Assembly (NCBI RefSeq): GCF_056712565.1
Contig: NZ_CM160072.1
DNA: 64,000 nt
Reading direction: 5' to 3' (one strand)
Shown here: positions 1 to 9,667 of the stretch, piece by piece
How the letters are laid out: every line of letters starts with the position of its first letter
Numbering within the stretch: the stretch's first letter is position 1
Translations under genes and position numbers: made by a program
Notes under the pieces: generated by a model
What the model saw: the letters and a program-made list of their open reading frames with translations, nothing else
The model's database searches: none
What the model was told of the DNA's origin: nothing

Positions 1-1127
1 TCAGTGAAGTAAGGCGCGAACTGGGTGGCGATCAGCAGGACGGTAATCATCACGATGACCCCGCTTATCAACGTCCTGACCAGGTCTCCGCGGTGGATAA
101 CCGTAGCCATACAGATAAAGAACGGTGCTACCGGCAGGTCTGCGAGGGGTAACACTTTGTTGCCCGGTAAAATGCTGGCCAGAATTAACATAATGGGTAT
201 CAGTAGCAGACCGACAGCAATGGTGGTTGGATGCCCCAGCGTCACAGCAGTATCCAGACCGATATACACTTCACGTCCTTTGAAATATTTCTGGAAGAAC
301 TTTCTTGCACCGTCGGAGATGGGCAGCAGGCCCTCAACAATCAGGCGGATCATGCGCGGGAACAACACCATGATTGCCGCAACGGTAATCATCAGACTGG
401 CGCAACCTTTAAAGCCTTCACCAGCCGCCAGGCCAAAAATCAGACCGAGCACTACGCCGATAATCACCGGATCGCCGACCATGCCGTAGCGTTTCTGGAT
501 CTCCTGAGCATCGATATTGCGTCCCTTCATGAAAGGGATTTTTTCATAGATAGCATCAAGTAGAACGAAAAGCGGTACTGAACTGGAACCGTAGCCTTGC
601 GGTATCGAAATACCTTCCAGCCCGACGATGTTCTGTACCCGTTTTGCCGTCCAGTCGGCCATTTTTAACGATAGCGCCGCATGGCAGATTGCCCCCAGCA
701 CACCATAAATCAGGCTACCGGTCATAAGCTGGACCACCGTACCCGTAATGGCGTAGTGCCAGTAATTGTAAATATCGACGTTCATCGTTTTGGTCAGACG
801 GGTGACCAGCATGGCGACATTGAGAAGAAAAATAACTGGGATAATCATGGCGCCAATGGCTGTCGCATAACCAACGCCGGAGGCAGGGCCTGCGCCAACG
901 TCAAAGACATGCAGGGCTAGGCCGAAACGCTCAATCATCACTTTGATAGGGGGACTGAGGCTGTCGATCGCCATGACGATCACCAGTCCCATACCGACAA
1001 AACCAATCCCAACCGTTACCCCTGCCTTAATCGCCTGCAGCCAGGGGATGCGGAAGATAAGGCCAATCACGATCATGATGATAGGGACGAAAACGGTACC
1101 GCCGAGAGACAGGATGTAATCAAACAT
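1..1127 (-). CDS. sgcC: PTS EIIC permease SgcC, partial (gene continues past window start)
   Basis: Minus-strand frame from ATG at 1127 translates MFDYILSLGGTVFVPIIMIVIGLIFRIPWLQAIKAGVTVGIGFVGMGLVIVMAID..., a hydrophobic multi-pass protein; no stop before position 1; directly downstream of sgcB/sgcX as in K-12. Plus-strand ORFs 25-920 are antisense artefacts. Confidence 0.8.
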   Translation of the reverse strand, partial: MFDYILSLGGTVFVPIIMIVIGLIFRIPWLQAIKAGVTVGIGFVGMGLVIVMAIDSLSPPIKVMIERFGLALHVFDVGAGPASGVGYATAIGAMIIPVIFLLNVAMLVTRLTKTMNVDIYNYWHYAITGTVVQLMTGSLIYGVLGAICHAALSLKMADWTAKRVQNIVGLEGISIPQGYGSSSVPLFVLLDAIYEKIPFMKGRNIDAQEIQKRYGMVGDPVIIGVVLGLIFGLAAGEGFKGCASLMITVAAIMVLFPRMIRLIVEGLLPISDGARKFFQKYFKGREVYIGLDTAVTLGHPTTIAVGLLLIPIMLILASILPGNKVLPLADLPVAPFFICMATVIHRGDLVRTLISGVIVMITVLLIATQFAPYFT

Positions 1128-1138
1128 AATGCCTCCTT

Positions 1139-1417
1139 TTATTGAGTTAACAGAGCCTTGATTTGTTGTTTTAACGCGTCGTCGTTGATCCCTGTGAGCA
1201 GGGCGGCGCCATTAAGCGTAGGGATGCCGTAATCACTGTTGGTTCGCATGGAGGTTACAATAAGGTCCATACCGTTACAGTTAAGAGGGATCTCATTCAG
1301 ACAGCATTGGGCGGTAGTGGCTGAAATGCCCTGTTCAGTCAGGAACTCTTGCAGCTTGTGTGCAATCATGGTTGAAGTCGACATGCCGGTACCGCATGCC
1401 ACAAGGATCTTTTTCAT
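1139..1417 (-). CDS. sgcB: PTS EIIB component SgcB (92 aa)
   Basis: ORF MKKILVACGTGMSTSTMIAHKL... has the EIIB phospho-cysteine loop (CGTGMSTS); 4-nt overlap with upstream sgcX stop. Confidence 0.85.
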   Translation of the reverse strand: MKKILVACGTGMSTSTMIAHKLQEFLTEQGISATTAQCCLNEIPLNCNGMDLIVTSMRTNSDYGIPTLNGAALLTGINDDALKQQIKALLTQ

Positions 1418-2535
1418 AATGGATGTGCCTCTTGTGTAGTGCCTGAATCAGGCTCAACGGGGAAATGTGCTGCTGACATACCTGCCAGAGCGGTCAATAG
1501 GCGGATGCAATCAGTCAAATCACGCAGGCTGGCAACCTCCGCCGGAGAATGGGTATAGCGACAAGGAATAGAGAGACTGGCGCAGGGAATACCATCCTGC
1601 TCAACCTGGATATAACCGGTTTCTGTTATCACGCCGGGAGCCACTTCTCGCTGCACCGGAATGTTGTGTTCAAGAGCCGTCTGTTCCAACATCCGTATCA
1701 GGCGAGGAGGCGTGATTAATCCGGCCAGCGTTCCCCGACCATGGTAGTTCAGGCAGGTGATCCCAACGCCCTGATTAATCCTGACCTCGGAATAATCGTG
1801 TAAATCAGGGGTGTCACACGATGGAGTGATATCAATACCAATCGCCAGGTCAGGTTTTACACGGCGTAATACGGGAACAATGCCGCGGATATTAAATTCT
1901 TCCTGTACCGAAGCCACCAGATAAACGGCGATATCAAGCCCCATAGTACTGATAGCATCCGCTACACCGAGCAGGGCAGTACAGCCTAGACGATCGTCTA
2001 GTGCTTTACTGCACACCAGATCGTTTGCCAGGAGTTGCGGCGGGTTATACAGAGTGACAGGCGTACCGACTTGAATGCCCATCCGTATAGCGTCGTCTTT
2101 GTCTTTGGCACCAATATCAATCCACAGTTTGTCGACAGAAGGTGACTGCGTGCGCTCGTCGCCTTTGGCAAAGTGGTAGGACTTAATGCCGATACACCCC
2201 ATGACTGGCCCTTTGTCCCCGGTGAGGGTGACGATGGAACCAGCCATAGTGACCTGCGCAGGACCGCCTACGCGTTCAAAGCGTAAAAATCCAGACGGCT
2301 CTATTTTGCGCACCATAAAACCGACTTCATCCATATGCGCAAAAATCATCAGTCGCAGCGCATCGGGTTTATCACTACCGTAGCGCGCGACGACATTCCC
2401 AAGCCTGTCTCGCCAGACCTCTTTTGCCTGACGCCTGAATTCGCACAGCATGACGTCAGCGACAGCGTTTTCGTGTCCTGAAATCGCATTGTGCTGCAAA
2501 AGCGAGAACAGGGTTTCCTGCACAGAAAATGACAT
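1414..2535 (-). CDS. sgcX: SgcX, M42-family aminopeptidase/endoglucanase-like protein
   Basis: ORF 1414-2565; start placed at internal MSFSVQETLF to give the 373 aa I recall for K-12 SgcX; operon position sgcX-sgcB-sgcC. Confidence 0.75.
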   Translation of the reverse strand: MSFSVQETLFSLLQHNAISGHENAVADVMLCEFRRQAKEVWRDRLGNVVARYGSDKPDALRLMIFAHMDEVGFMVRKIEPSGFLRFERVGGPAQVTMAGSIVTLTGDKGPVMGCIGIKSYHFAKGDERTQSPSVDKLWIDIGAKDKDDAIRMGIQVGTPVTLYNPPQLLANDLVCSKALDDRLGCTALLGVADAISTMGLDIAVYLVASVQEEFNIRGIVPVLRRVKPDLAIGIDITPSCDTPDLHDYSEVRINQGVGITCLNYHGRGTLAGLITPPRLIRMLEQTALEHNIPVQREVAPGVITETGYIQVEQDGIPCASLSIPCRYTHSPAEVASLRDLTDCIRLLTALAGMSAAHFPVEPDSGTTQEAHPL

Positions 2536-2769
2536 AGCTATCTCCGTAGACCGTAAAACAATCACTCGTTGAGCGTTTTATAGGCGCAGACTGGTCGAAT
2601 AATTGTGAGAACGTTCACGTGAAAACGCGCAAAGCTGAACAAATAAAAAATTATGTGAGCCGAGTGGAATAAAAGCGCTCAACGTTTGTGAAAGTTACGG
2701 GCTGGAGAGACCAGTGATTATGGTTGAAATAATGAGGATGAATAAAACGCGGTAACTGTTATAGCACCA

Positions 2770-2896
2770 CTTTGTTGCAGGACGCTCCCTCTTCATTACG
2801 TCCTGCACGTGGATACCCCAGCATCTCCATCAGCGGATCTTAGAATGTAATGGCGCGTGGCAGGTCGTTGGTTCCCAGCATAATGTAAGAAAACAT
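2770..2896 (-). pseudogene. Remnant of a VOC/glyoxalase-family gene (short N-terminal frame, then frameshifted continuation)
   Basis: AGGAG SD 6 nt upstream of ATG at 2896; frame reads MFSYIMLGTNDLPRAITF then stop; a shifted frame continues DPLMEMLGYPRAGRNEEGASCNKV. N-terminus resembles VOC proteins. Confidence 0.3.
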
Positions 2897-2933
2897 CGGA
2901 TCTCCTGAATAGATTCAGAGGGAGTATAGATAA

Positions 2934-3194
2934 TCAGCTCAAATCACTCTCCGCTTTATGAGCCCAGGCTGGCATTGCCGTCAGATAACGTTTTGCACGC
3001 TTATGTGCTTCCTCCGGGCCGACTTTTTGCCAGGAATCAAGGAAGCTGGCTAAACCTGATACCGCTTCTTCCCAGGGTTTGAGATTGCCGTTGCTGTCGC
3101 TGCATTACGCACAATATTGATCACTGGCACTGTGTGCATCTGGTGCCGACATCGGCATTCCGCAAGCCTGACAGAACTGTTCATGTTGTGACAT
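2934..3194 (-). pseudogene. Small zinc-ribbon protein gene interrupted by in-frame TAA (possibly the K-12 yjhY-type pseudogene)
   Basis: AAGGAG SD 7 nt upstream of ATG at 3194; frame reads MSQHEQFCQACGMPMSAPDAHSASDQYCA-stop-CSDSNGNLKPWEEAVSGLASFLDSWQKVGPEEAHKRAKRYLTAMPAWAHKAESDLS; the TAA (3105-3107) sits inside the second CxxC pair. Confidence 0.5.
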
Positions 3195-3320
3195 ATGATG
3201 CTCCTTATGGTGACATCTTGATTAATAAACATACTGAATATGTATTGTGCAGGTGATACATCAGATCAAAGCAAAGGTAAAGCCTCGATATTTCCAGCCA
3301 GAAATACCGGGAACCTGTTG

Positions 3321-4067
3321 TTACCGGGCGATGAGTGCGAACACGCCCCAGCCAAAGCATTCCCGCGCGTAGGTCACGTAGCGTTTCGGCGCGATGTTTA
3401 GTTCGGCCCTGACTTCGGCGGCGAAGTCATCGTCAGGATTCGCTTCCAGCCAGCGGCGCATGGTCAGCCATTTTGCGGCTTCATACCGGTCCCAGCCTTC
3501 CTGGTCTGCCAGTACCATTTCCACCACGTCATAGCCGAGATCGTCGAACGCTCCGACAAGTCCTGGCAGCGTCAGGAAATCGCTTGTCGAGCTGACGCCG
3601 CAGGCCTGGGCTATTTCTTCTGTTGCTGGTAGCTGACGCCAGTAGGGTTCGCCGATAAGCATGATCCCGCCCGGTTTCAGGCTTTGCGCTAGCAGCTCCT
3701 CCGCCCCGGCAAACCCACCGGCAATCCATGTCGCGCCGACGCAGGCCGCCACGTCACATTTTTCATTTGCGACGTAACCGGCCGCATCGTTATGAATAAA
3801 ATGTACGCGTTCGCTGACGCCGAGTTCTTCCGCGCGACGCTTTGCCTGCGCGGTGAAGAGCGAACTCATGTCGATGCCAGTCCCCGTAATGCCATGATCC
3901 CTGGCCCAGGTGCAGAGCATCTCGCCCGAGCCGCTGCCGAGGTCAAGAATGCGGGTGCCCGGCTTCATGCGCAGCACGCGACCCAGCGTGGCGTACTTCT
4001 CTTCGGTGAACGGGTTATGGATGCGGTGTTCACTTTCGCTGATGGTAAAAATACGTGGGATATCCAT
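3321..4067 (-). CDS. yjhP: SAM-dependent methyltransferase YjhP (248 aa)
   Basis: ORF with methyltransferase motif I (ILDLGSGSGEM); position matches K-12 yjhP. Confidence 0.8.
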   Translation of the reverse strand: MDIPRIFTISESEHRIHNPFTEEKYATLGRVLRMKPGTRILDLGSGSGEMLCTWARDHGITGTGIDMSSLFTAQAKRRAEELGVSERVHFIHNDAAGYVANEKCDVAACVGATWIAGGFAGAEELLAQSLKPGGIMLIGEPYWRQLPATEEIAQACGVSSTSDFLTLPGLVGAFDDLGYDVVEMVLADQEGWDRYEAAKWLTMRRWLEANPDDDFAAEVRAELNIAPKRYVTYARECFGWGVFALIAR

Positions 4068-4122
4068 TATTTAATTCCTGTTATTGGGTTAAGCCTTAAA
4101 AAGGACACAACAAGATTGTTAT

Positions 4123-4668
4123 TCACGTCAGTGCTCCGGTTTCATCAGGGTCTGCGCACCGGATGTGGCCGGTCAGGGTCATGGGCTGAGCGGTGAGTGA
4201 TTGCATCATCCAGCAGGCTTTGTGCTCCTCCGGGATGGGATAAGGTGCCGGATAGCCTTTGTCTCCGGCACAGGGTTCGAACCCATGTCGGGGGTAATAG
4301 GTGGCGTGGCCGAGAACAAAAACCGTCTGGCAGCCCATCAACCTCAGGTGCTCGATGCCAGTGCGTATCAACCGTCCTCCCACGCCCATCCCTTGGTATT
4401 CCGGTATGAAAGCCAGGGGAGCGAGGATGTGCATCAACGGTGAATCCATTTCTCCTTTGAAGGTTGCCCGGGTAAATAAAATATGCCCGACGGCTTTGCC
4501 TTCATACCGGGCTAGCAGCGATAACGCGGGGCGCGCGCTTTCATCCTCAAGTAAAGAGGCCACTAAATCGGCTTCTTTGCCGAAGCCAAATGCGCGGGTT
4601 TCGACTTCCCGGATATCACTGGCATCACTTTTATCTGTGATATGAAAAGTGAAGTGGTGTACTGTCAT
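4123..4668 (-). CDS. yjhQ: GNAT acetyltransferase YjhQ (putative TopAI antitoxin)
   Basis: 181-aa ORF with GNAT-like core (QGMGVGGRLIRTGIEHL); immediately downstream of topAI. Confidence 0.8.
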   Translation of the reverse strand: MTVHHFTFHITDKSDASDIREVETRAFGFGKEADLVASLLEDESARPALSLLARYEGKAVGHILFTRATFKGEMDSPLMHILAPLAFIPEYQGMGVGGRLIRTGIEHLRLMGCQTVFVLGHATYYPRHGFEPCAGDKGYPAPYPIPEEHKACWMMQSLTAQPMTLTGHIRCADPDETGALT

Positions 4669-4679
4669 AGAAACTCTCC

Positions 4680-4936
4680 TTAGCGATTATCGAGCTGAGC
4701 GCGAACTTTATTCAGCTCGGTGGTGTTGATTCGATAGGGCTGGCCATTGACGGACTTGATAAGTTTTTGGTTTTGAGTTTTTTGAAGACGGCGAGCGTGC
4801 AGTCGGTCAGCAACAGCCCTTCGCGGCTGTAGCATTCAACGGAAGTGACGCGGCCTGAAGAATCGCGGACGTGCGCAATACGTCTACCTTTAGCGAGAAC
4901 GTGTAAGGTATGTTGTTCCTGACGGGATAAATTCAT
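4680..4936 (-). pseudogene. topAI: topAI (yjhX) topoisomerase I inhibitor toxin gene, frameshifted in an A-run
   Basis: ORF 4712-4936 gives [57 protein letters not shown] then diverges; the -1 frame continues [27 protein letters not shown] to TAA at 4680-4682, reconstituting the 85-aa K-12 protein if one A is added to the A5 run near 4765-4769. Confidence 0.7.
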
Positions 4937-5426
4937 ACTGAAGAACCTATTTAATCATCATGTGCAAAACGTGCAAACACACCGCGGTGTCCGCATTCGA
5001 TTTCGGCGCATTGATAATCAGTCCGGCCTGAAAAGGTCGGGGAACTGATTATCGGATGATTACATTCTCCAGCATCAAAGCCTCGGGTTGAGTTGAAAGG
5101 TATTTACGGAGCGAATATTAACACGTAGTTATAGGAGGGATATGTTTCAGTAGAAAAAGTGTGATGTACTTTGGAAATTGAATGCCAACCCATTTACTGG
5201 AAAAGGCAGATGACACTGACGAATGCATGTTGAAGTACGCCTGAAATGGCCTCATCGGCTTTTCCCTTCGGGAGATTATTCTCCTTTTGTTAAATCCAGA
5301 ACATAAATATGCTCACCCATATTCGATGCTTGAAAAATTGAAGCCAATCCTGATAAGTAATTTTTTTGAAAGGGTATTTTCCGGATTCACACCGGCTTTG
5401 ATGAGTGAAAAACCGTTCTCTTTTAT

Positions 5427-5600
5427 TCAGTCAATCGTGGCGGTAATTGCTTCAATTGCATATCCCTGGCGAGCATAAGCGGGACTGATGGTATAGCCGA
5501 GCCAAAACACATCGCATTGCTGACGTAAATAGATATCACCAATCAAAACCTGCGTCATTTGTTGACAATGGCCAATTGAATATCGCGAGCAAGTGTAAGA
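5427..5600 (-). pseudogene. C-terminal fragment of a GNAT/RimJ-like acetyltransferase (possibly yjhZ-type pseudogene)
   Basis: Minus frame reads ...IGHCQQMTQVLIGDIYLRQQCDVFWLGYTISPAYARQGYAIEAITATID-stop (TGA at 5427-5429); GNAT-like C-terminal motif with no intact N-terminus. Confidence 0.3.
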
Positions 5601-5897
5601 ACTCCCAGCAAGACCCTGTAAATAATTCTGTGTAACTGCCCACGATTAAAGGTGGCCGCTCAGGCGGTCACCGTATTCGATAATAAATGGGTCTGGAAAA
5701 AGTGCAGCATCTGGCAGCGTAATGCAGGTAGCCCAGTTCAACTCTCACTACCAGTATGATCCCAAGTTCGAGCGCGGAATGTATCTGTATGAGCATCGTC
5801 GCTGTTTCAATAACATCATCGACTACTGTAACTCACTTTGCTATCACGGTAAGTTGCAGCCTAAAAGAGGGATGGAAAAAGGACGATTTTCCCCGCA

Positions 5898-6914
5898 ATG
5901 GGATATTTACATATTGATGGTAGAGGCATGAAGCCAAATGGAGGGAGCCGTCATAACCCTCTTGAAGCTGAAACAATAGCAGCATGGCTGGTGGCACATA
6001 AGGATGATATAGAGCGCCATTACGGGGAACCACTGTACAAAGTTGTTGGTGTTGTGACGCCATTTTCGGCGCAGGTTAATGCTATCAAAATGTCATTGCG
6101 TAAGCTGGAAATTAATGGCAAAGACGAGCAGGGTTTACTGACAGTGGGGACTGTGCACTCCTTGCAGGGGGCGGAAAGGGCGATTGTTCTCTTTTCTCCT
6201 GTCTACTCAAAACATGAAGATGGCAGGTTTCTTGATAGCAACAGCACTATCCTCAATGTTGCTGTCTCACGCGCTAAAGATAGTTTTCTGGTATTTGGCG
6301 ATATGGACCTTATCGAGATGCAGCCCGCATTTTCGCCGCGAGGGTTATTGGCAAAATATCTCTTTTCTTCAGATAATAATGCGTTGCAATTTGAGTTTCA
6401 GAAACGACAGGATTTAATTTCCGCACATACACAAATTTCAACGCTGCATGGTGTGGAGCAGCATGATGAATTTTTGAACAAGACTCTTGCCGGAGCTCAA
6501 AAGAAAATAACGATTATTTCCCCTTGGTTATCCTGGCAAAAAGTGGAGCAAACGGGATTTCTGGCATCAATGGCTTTGGCCCGTTCCCGGGGCATTGATA
6601 TTACCGTGGTGACGGATAAAAACTGCAATATAGCGCATGTCGATGATGATAAGCGTCAGGAGAAACAACATCTGCTGAATGATGCTGTTGAAAAGCTCAA
6701 TAAGATGGGTATCGCTACGAAATTGGTTAATCGTGTTCACAGCAAAATTGTGATTGAGGATGAAGAACTGCTGTGTGTCGGATCTTTTAACTGGTTCAGT
6801 GCTACACGGGAAGATAAGTATCAACGATACGATACGTCTTTGGTGTACCGTGGTGAAGGCGTAAAAAATGAAATAAAGGCAATATATGGTAGTCTGGATC
6901 AACGTCAGCTTTAA
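5898..6914 (+). CDS. yjhR: YjhR-like protein: C-terminal SF1 helicase motifs fused to a PLD-like domain; likely remnant of a larger gene
   Basis: 338-aa ORF with helicase C-terminal motifs ([22 protein letters not shown]) followed by a PLD-like region ([24 protein letters not shown]); upstream 5722-5931 frame has further helicase-like sequence in another frame. Confidence 0.6.
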
Positions 6915-7496
6915 ATGTGATGAGCCGTTCATGATACAGGAGTAGTAAAGGGCATATTTTACCAATGTTAAGGCGACTTTCCGTTTTATTGTGAGTCGCC
7001 TTTCCTGATTATAAATCTTATTGTTTACCTAATCATTTTCCTTTGCATAATGCGCCTGGGATTAATGGCGGGTGCTTTTAGGAATGAAAGAAAATGCAAG
7101 CAATAATATAATAATGGCCTAATTTCTTTGAACATCATTAAGCATATCATCATCGTCTATTTGCCAGAATCCGTCGACTTATAATCGCCAGAACGGCATA
7201 TCAGGACGGTGCTGCGAACGCTGTGGCCCAAAACGTTCCAGTAAACTGTGTAGATGTTCGTAGATTTCCGAGCCATAATCGAAAAGGCGCGGATGTCTAT
7301 TAAGGCATCCGGCTAATCTGTAAGCAATAACAACGGTTTATGCGGTGCGCGTTTTTCACCCTTGTGCCAGATTATTATATTGGCAATTGCCTGCTGTTCG
7401 AGCCCGCAAGTGAAGAGATATTACCTTGATCTCATTTGTTTTTTGTTGTCTACTCTGAGAACGAACAAGGACATCCCCCATGAATAAACTCCCCGC

Positions 7497-8477
7497 TCAC
7501 CTTTCGCGCCAAAACTGCAAAATTGCTTCTACAAATCTGTCAGAAATAATCCCCCGACGGGCTGCAGTGCTGAAATGACTGCTTCGCAGTGCCGTCGTCC
7601 AGTTCTCCGGTGACCGGTACGCTGAACCGTAATATCCCGTGCTTAAATCGTCCGGGTCTTCATCAGGCGCGTTCGTCAGTCCTCTTTCACCTTGTTGCTG
7701 GAAGTCGACGAAAATAATATTGGCTAAAACATTATTTTGATAATTGCCATAAATAGCTTCATACGAATGCGGGAAATTTTCTTTCCAGTACCAGGTGGTA
7801 TCGCCGCAAAACCACGGCGCGTCAGTAATATTATTAAGCTGAGAATGGTATTGTTTTAGATCCCTACGAAAGGCTTCAACCATATGATTAAAGTGTTGAG
7901 GGTGTGACGCGTAGTCACTGGTCATTAAGTCAAATTCGCCTTGCATCCAGCATGCGCCGAGGAATTTGTTCTGCGGATTTTTTGCCAGTGCGGCTCGCGT
8001 TCTGCTGACTAAATCCTGGTACAGCGGAGTATCCGTTCCCCAACGACAAGCATCATGGCTGGCTCCGTGCCGTTCTGAATATGTCCCTTCGCTGCCCGCG
8101 GTAAAAGCCGATCCGCCACGGCAACACGGAACGATAAGAATCCCTGCATTATCAGGAATGAAGGGCAGTAATTTCCGTGCAATATGCAGTGCCTGGCCAA
8201 CGGTGCCGTACTGTGTTTGATGATTCGTTGCCAGAGGATGGTGATAACCCTGCATATCCTGAACATCGTGTGGGCAGTGAGTCAGTGGAATAATGTCGTT
8301 AAAGTGACATGGCGGGCCTCCGGGATGCGTATGCGCAAATCTCGCTAATTGTTTAATTCTGGGATGAGGCGCATCTTCCCTGTCCGGTAATGGCAGTCCT
8401 TCGCCATACGCCATGGCATTAGACTGACCAGCAACGGTAAGAACATAGTAATAATCGGGCGATATTATTGCGTTCAT
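7497..8477 (-). CDS. nanS: N-acetyl-9-O-acetylneuraminate esterase NanS (YjhS)
   Basis: ORF 7497-8504; start set at MNAIISPDYYYVLTVAGQSNAMAYG to give 326 aa; downstream of nanM/nanC. Confidence 0.8.
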   Translation of the reverse strand: MNAIISPDYYYVLTVAGQSNAMAYGEGLPLPDREDAPHPRIKQLARFAHTHPGGPPCHFNDIIPLTHCPHDVQDMQGYHHPLATNHQTQYGTVGQALHIARKLLPFIPDNAGILIVPCCRGGSAFTAGSEGTYSERHGASHDACRWGTDTPLYQDLVSRTRAALAKNPQNKFLGACWMQGEFDLMTSDYASHPQHFNHMVEAFRRDLKQYHSQLNNITDAPWFCGDTTWYWKENFPHSYEAIYGNYQNNVLANIIFVDFQQQGERGLTNAPDEDPDDLSTGYYGSAYRSPENWTTALRSSHFSTAARRGIISDRFVEAILQFWRER

Positions 8478-8541
8478 ATAAATTTCGCGTAATTGAAATG
8501 ACAAATTGATAGCAGGGCCCCTTTACCGGGGCCCTGAAGCG

Positions 8542-9648
8542 TTAGTTTTGTACTGTGACTTTATTATCCTTCACAGTGATCAAAACTGAATCCGTCACCG
8601 CTTTGCCGCCTGCAGTTTCACCGCCAATAATCAATAGACTATTATTCCAGGGCAATGATACTCCGTAGGCCCGACCTTGCGATAATTCACCCGATTTATC
8701 CCATTTCCCGTTATGCCAAAGATGAATATCAGTGCTATATGATTTTTTCAGGCCTTCATGCGCATAGTTCTTACCGTTCTGGTAATTTTCTCGTGAACCT
8801 TTGAATCCGGCCCCTCCGGCAAATATAAGAGAATCATTGCTTATCCCCGCAAAACCGCCAGCTACGCCATCTGGTGATGAGACGGGAGCAAGCTTATTCC
8901 ATTTTAAATTATTACCGGTGAAATCAAGTTCAAATACGGCATCCGTTCGCAATCCTGGTTTGGCTTCGCCATTAATAAGCCAGGTTTTATCACCTTTATT
9001 CACAACCGCCGCACCAGCCGTTCCGTACCAGGGCGATTCGCCAGCGTAACTCCATTGCTGTGTTGAGGGATCAAAAGACAACAGAAACTTATTGAAGAAA
9101 TAATCTTCTGCTTTTTTGTCAAAATAGTGAGCATTGATTTTATCTATAGCGGTTGAATCTTTTCCAGCCTCGTTGAGATCTTCAAAATAGCCATTGAAGA
9201 TATTCTGGTTAACACCACCAGTAACATAAGCCTTGCCGTTGTGTACAAAAGTCACATGGCCCGCCATGCCCATCGGCGCGTGCGACATCAATTTAACCCA
9301 ACTATTGGTTTTGGGGTTGTATTTGTGTACGTCATTAAATACCTGAGTCAAGCCCTCGCTGTTTTTGCCAATGCCGCCAAACACATACAGATTGCCATCA
9401 ATAAATGCAGAGGTTGCTTGATCTCTTGGTCCGCCAGGGAATGCAGCTAACGCTGTCCATTTTTTATCTTTGGCCTGTGTATCCAGCTTGTACCATGCCG
9501 TACCTGCGCTACCTAAACCAATGTAGACAGTGTCGTTATCAATTGCTCCGGTACCACTTTTAAATGGCACAGGAGTTTCCGGTAATACAGATGCGTTTGC
9601 GGCAAATGAAGCCATCATGATAGCAAGCGCCGTTATTGTTTTATTCAT
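8542..9648 (-). CDS. nanM: N-acetylneuraminate mutarotase NanM (YjhT), Kelch-repeat periplasmic protein
   Basis: ORF 8542-9756; start set at MNKTITALAIMMASFAANA (signal peptide) for 368 aa; repeated Kelch-like GG/W motifs. Confidence 0.85.
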   Translation of the reverse strand: MNKTITALAIMMASFAANASVLPETPVPFKSGTGAIDNDTVYIGLGSAGTAWYKLDTQAKDKKWTALAAFPGGPRDQATSAFIDGNLYVFGGIGKNSEGLTQVFNDVHKYNPKTNSWVKLMSHAPMGMAGHVTFVHNGKAYVTGGVNQNIFNGYFEDLNEAGKDSTAIDKINAHYFDKKAEDYFFNKFLLSFDPSTQQWSYAGESPWYGTAGAAVVNKGDKTWLINGEAKPGLRTDAVFELDFTGNNLKWNKLAPVSSPDGVAGGFAGISNDSLIFAGGAGFKGSRENYQNGKNYAHEGLKKSYSTDIHLWHNGKWDKSGELSQGRAYGVSLPWNNSLLIIGGETAGGKAVTDSVLITVKDNKVTVQN

Positions 9649-9667
9649 TGTGACTGTCTCCTGTCTA

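Noticed and set aside
25-920. Plus-strand ORFs (154, 110 and 79 aa) at the window start
   Set aside because: Antisense to the sgcC membrane-protein frame, which reads cleanly on the minus strand.
3050-3232. 60-aa ORF from the track on the minus strand
   Set aside because: It is an alternative frame over the zinc-ribbon gene; the SD-preceded frame starting at 3194 with CxxC motifs is the biologically sensible one.
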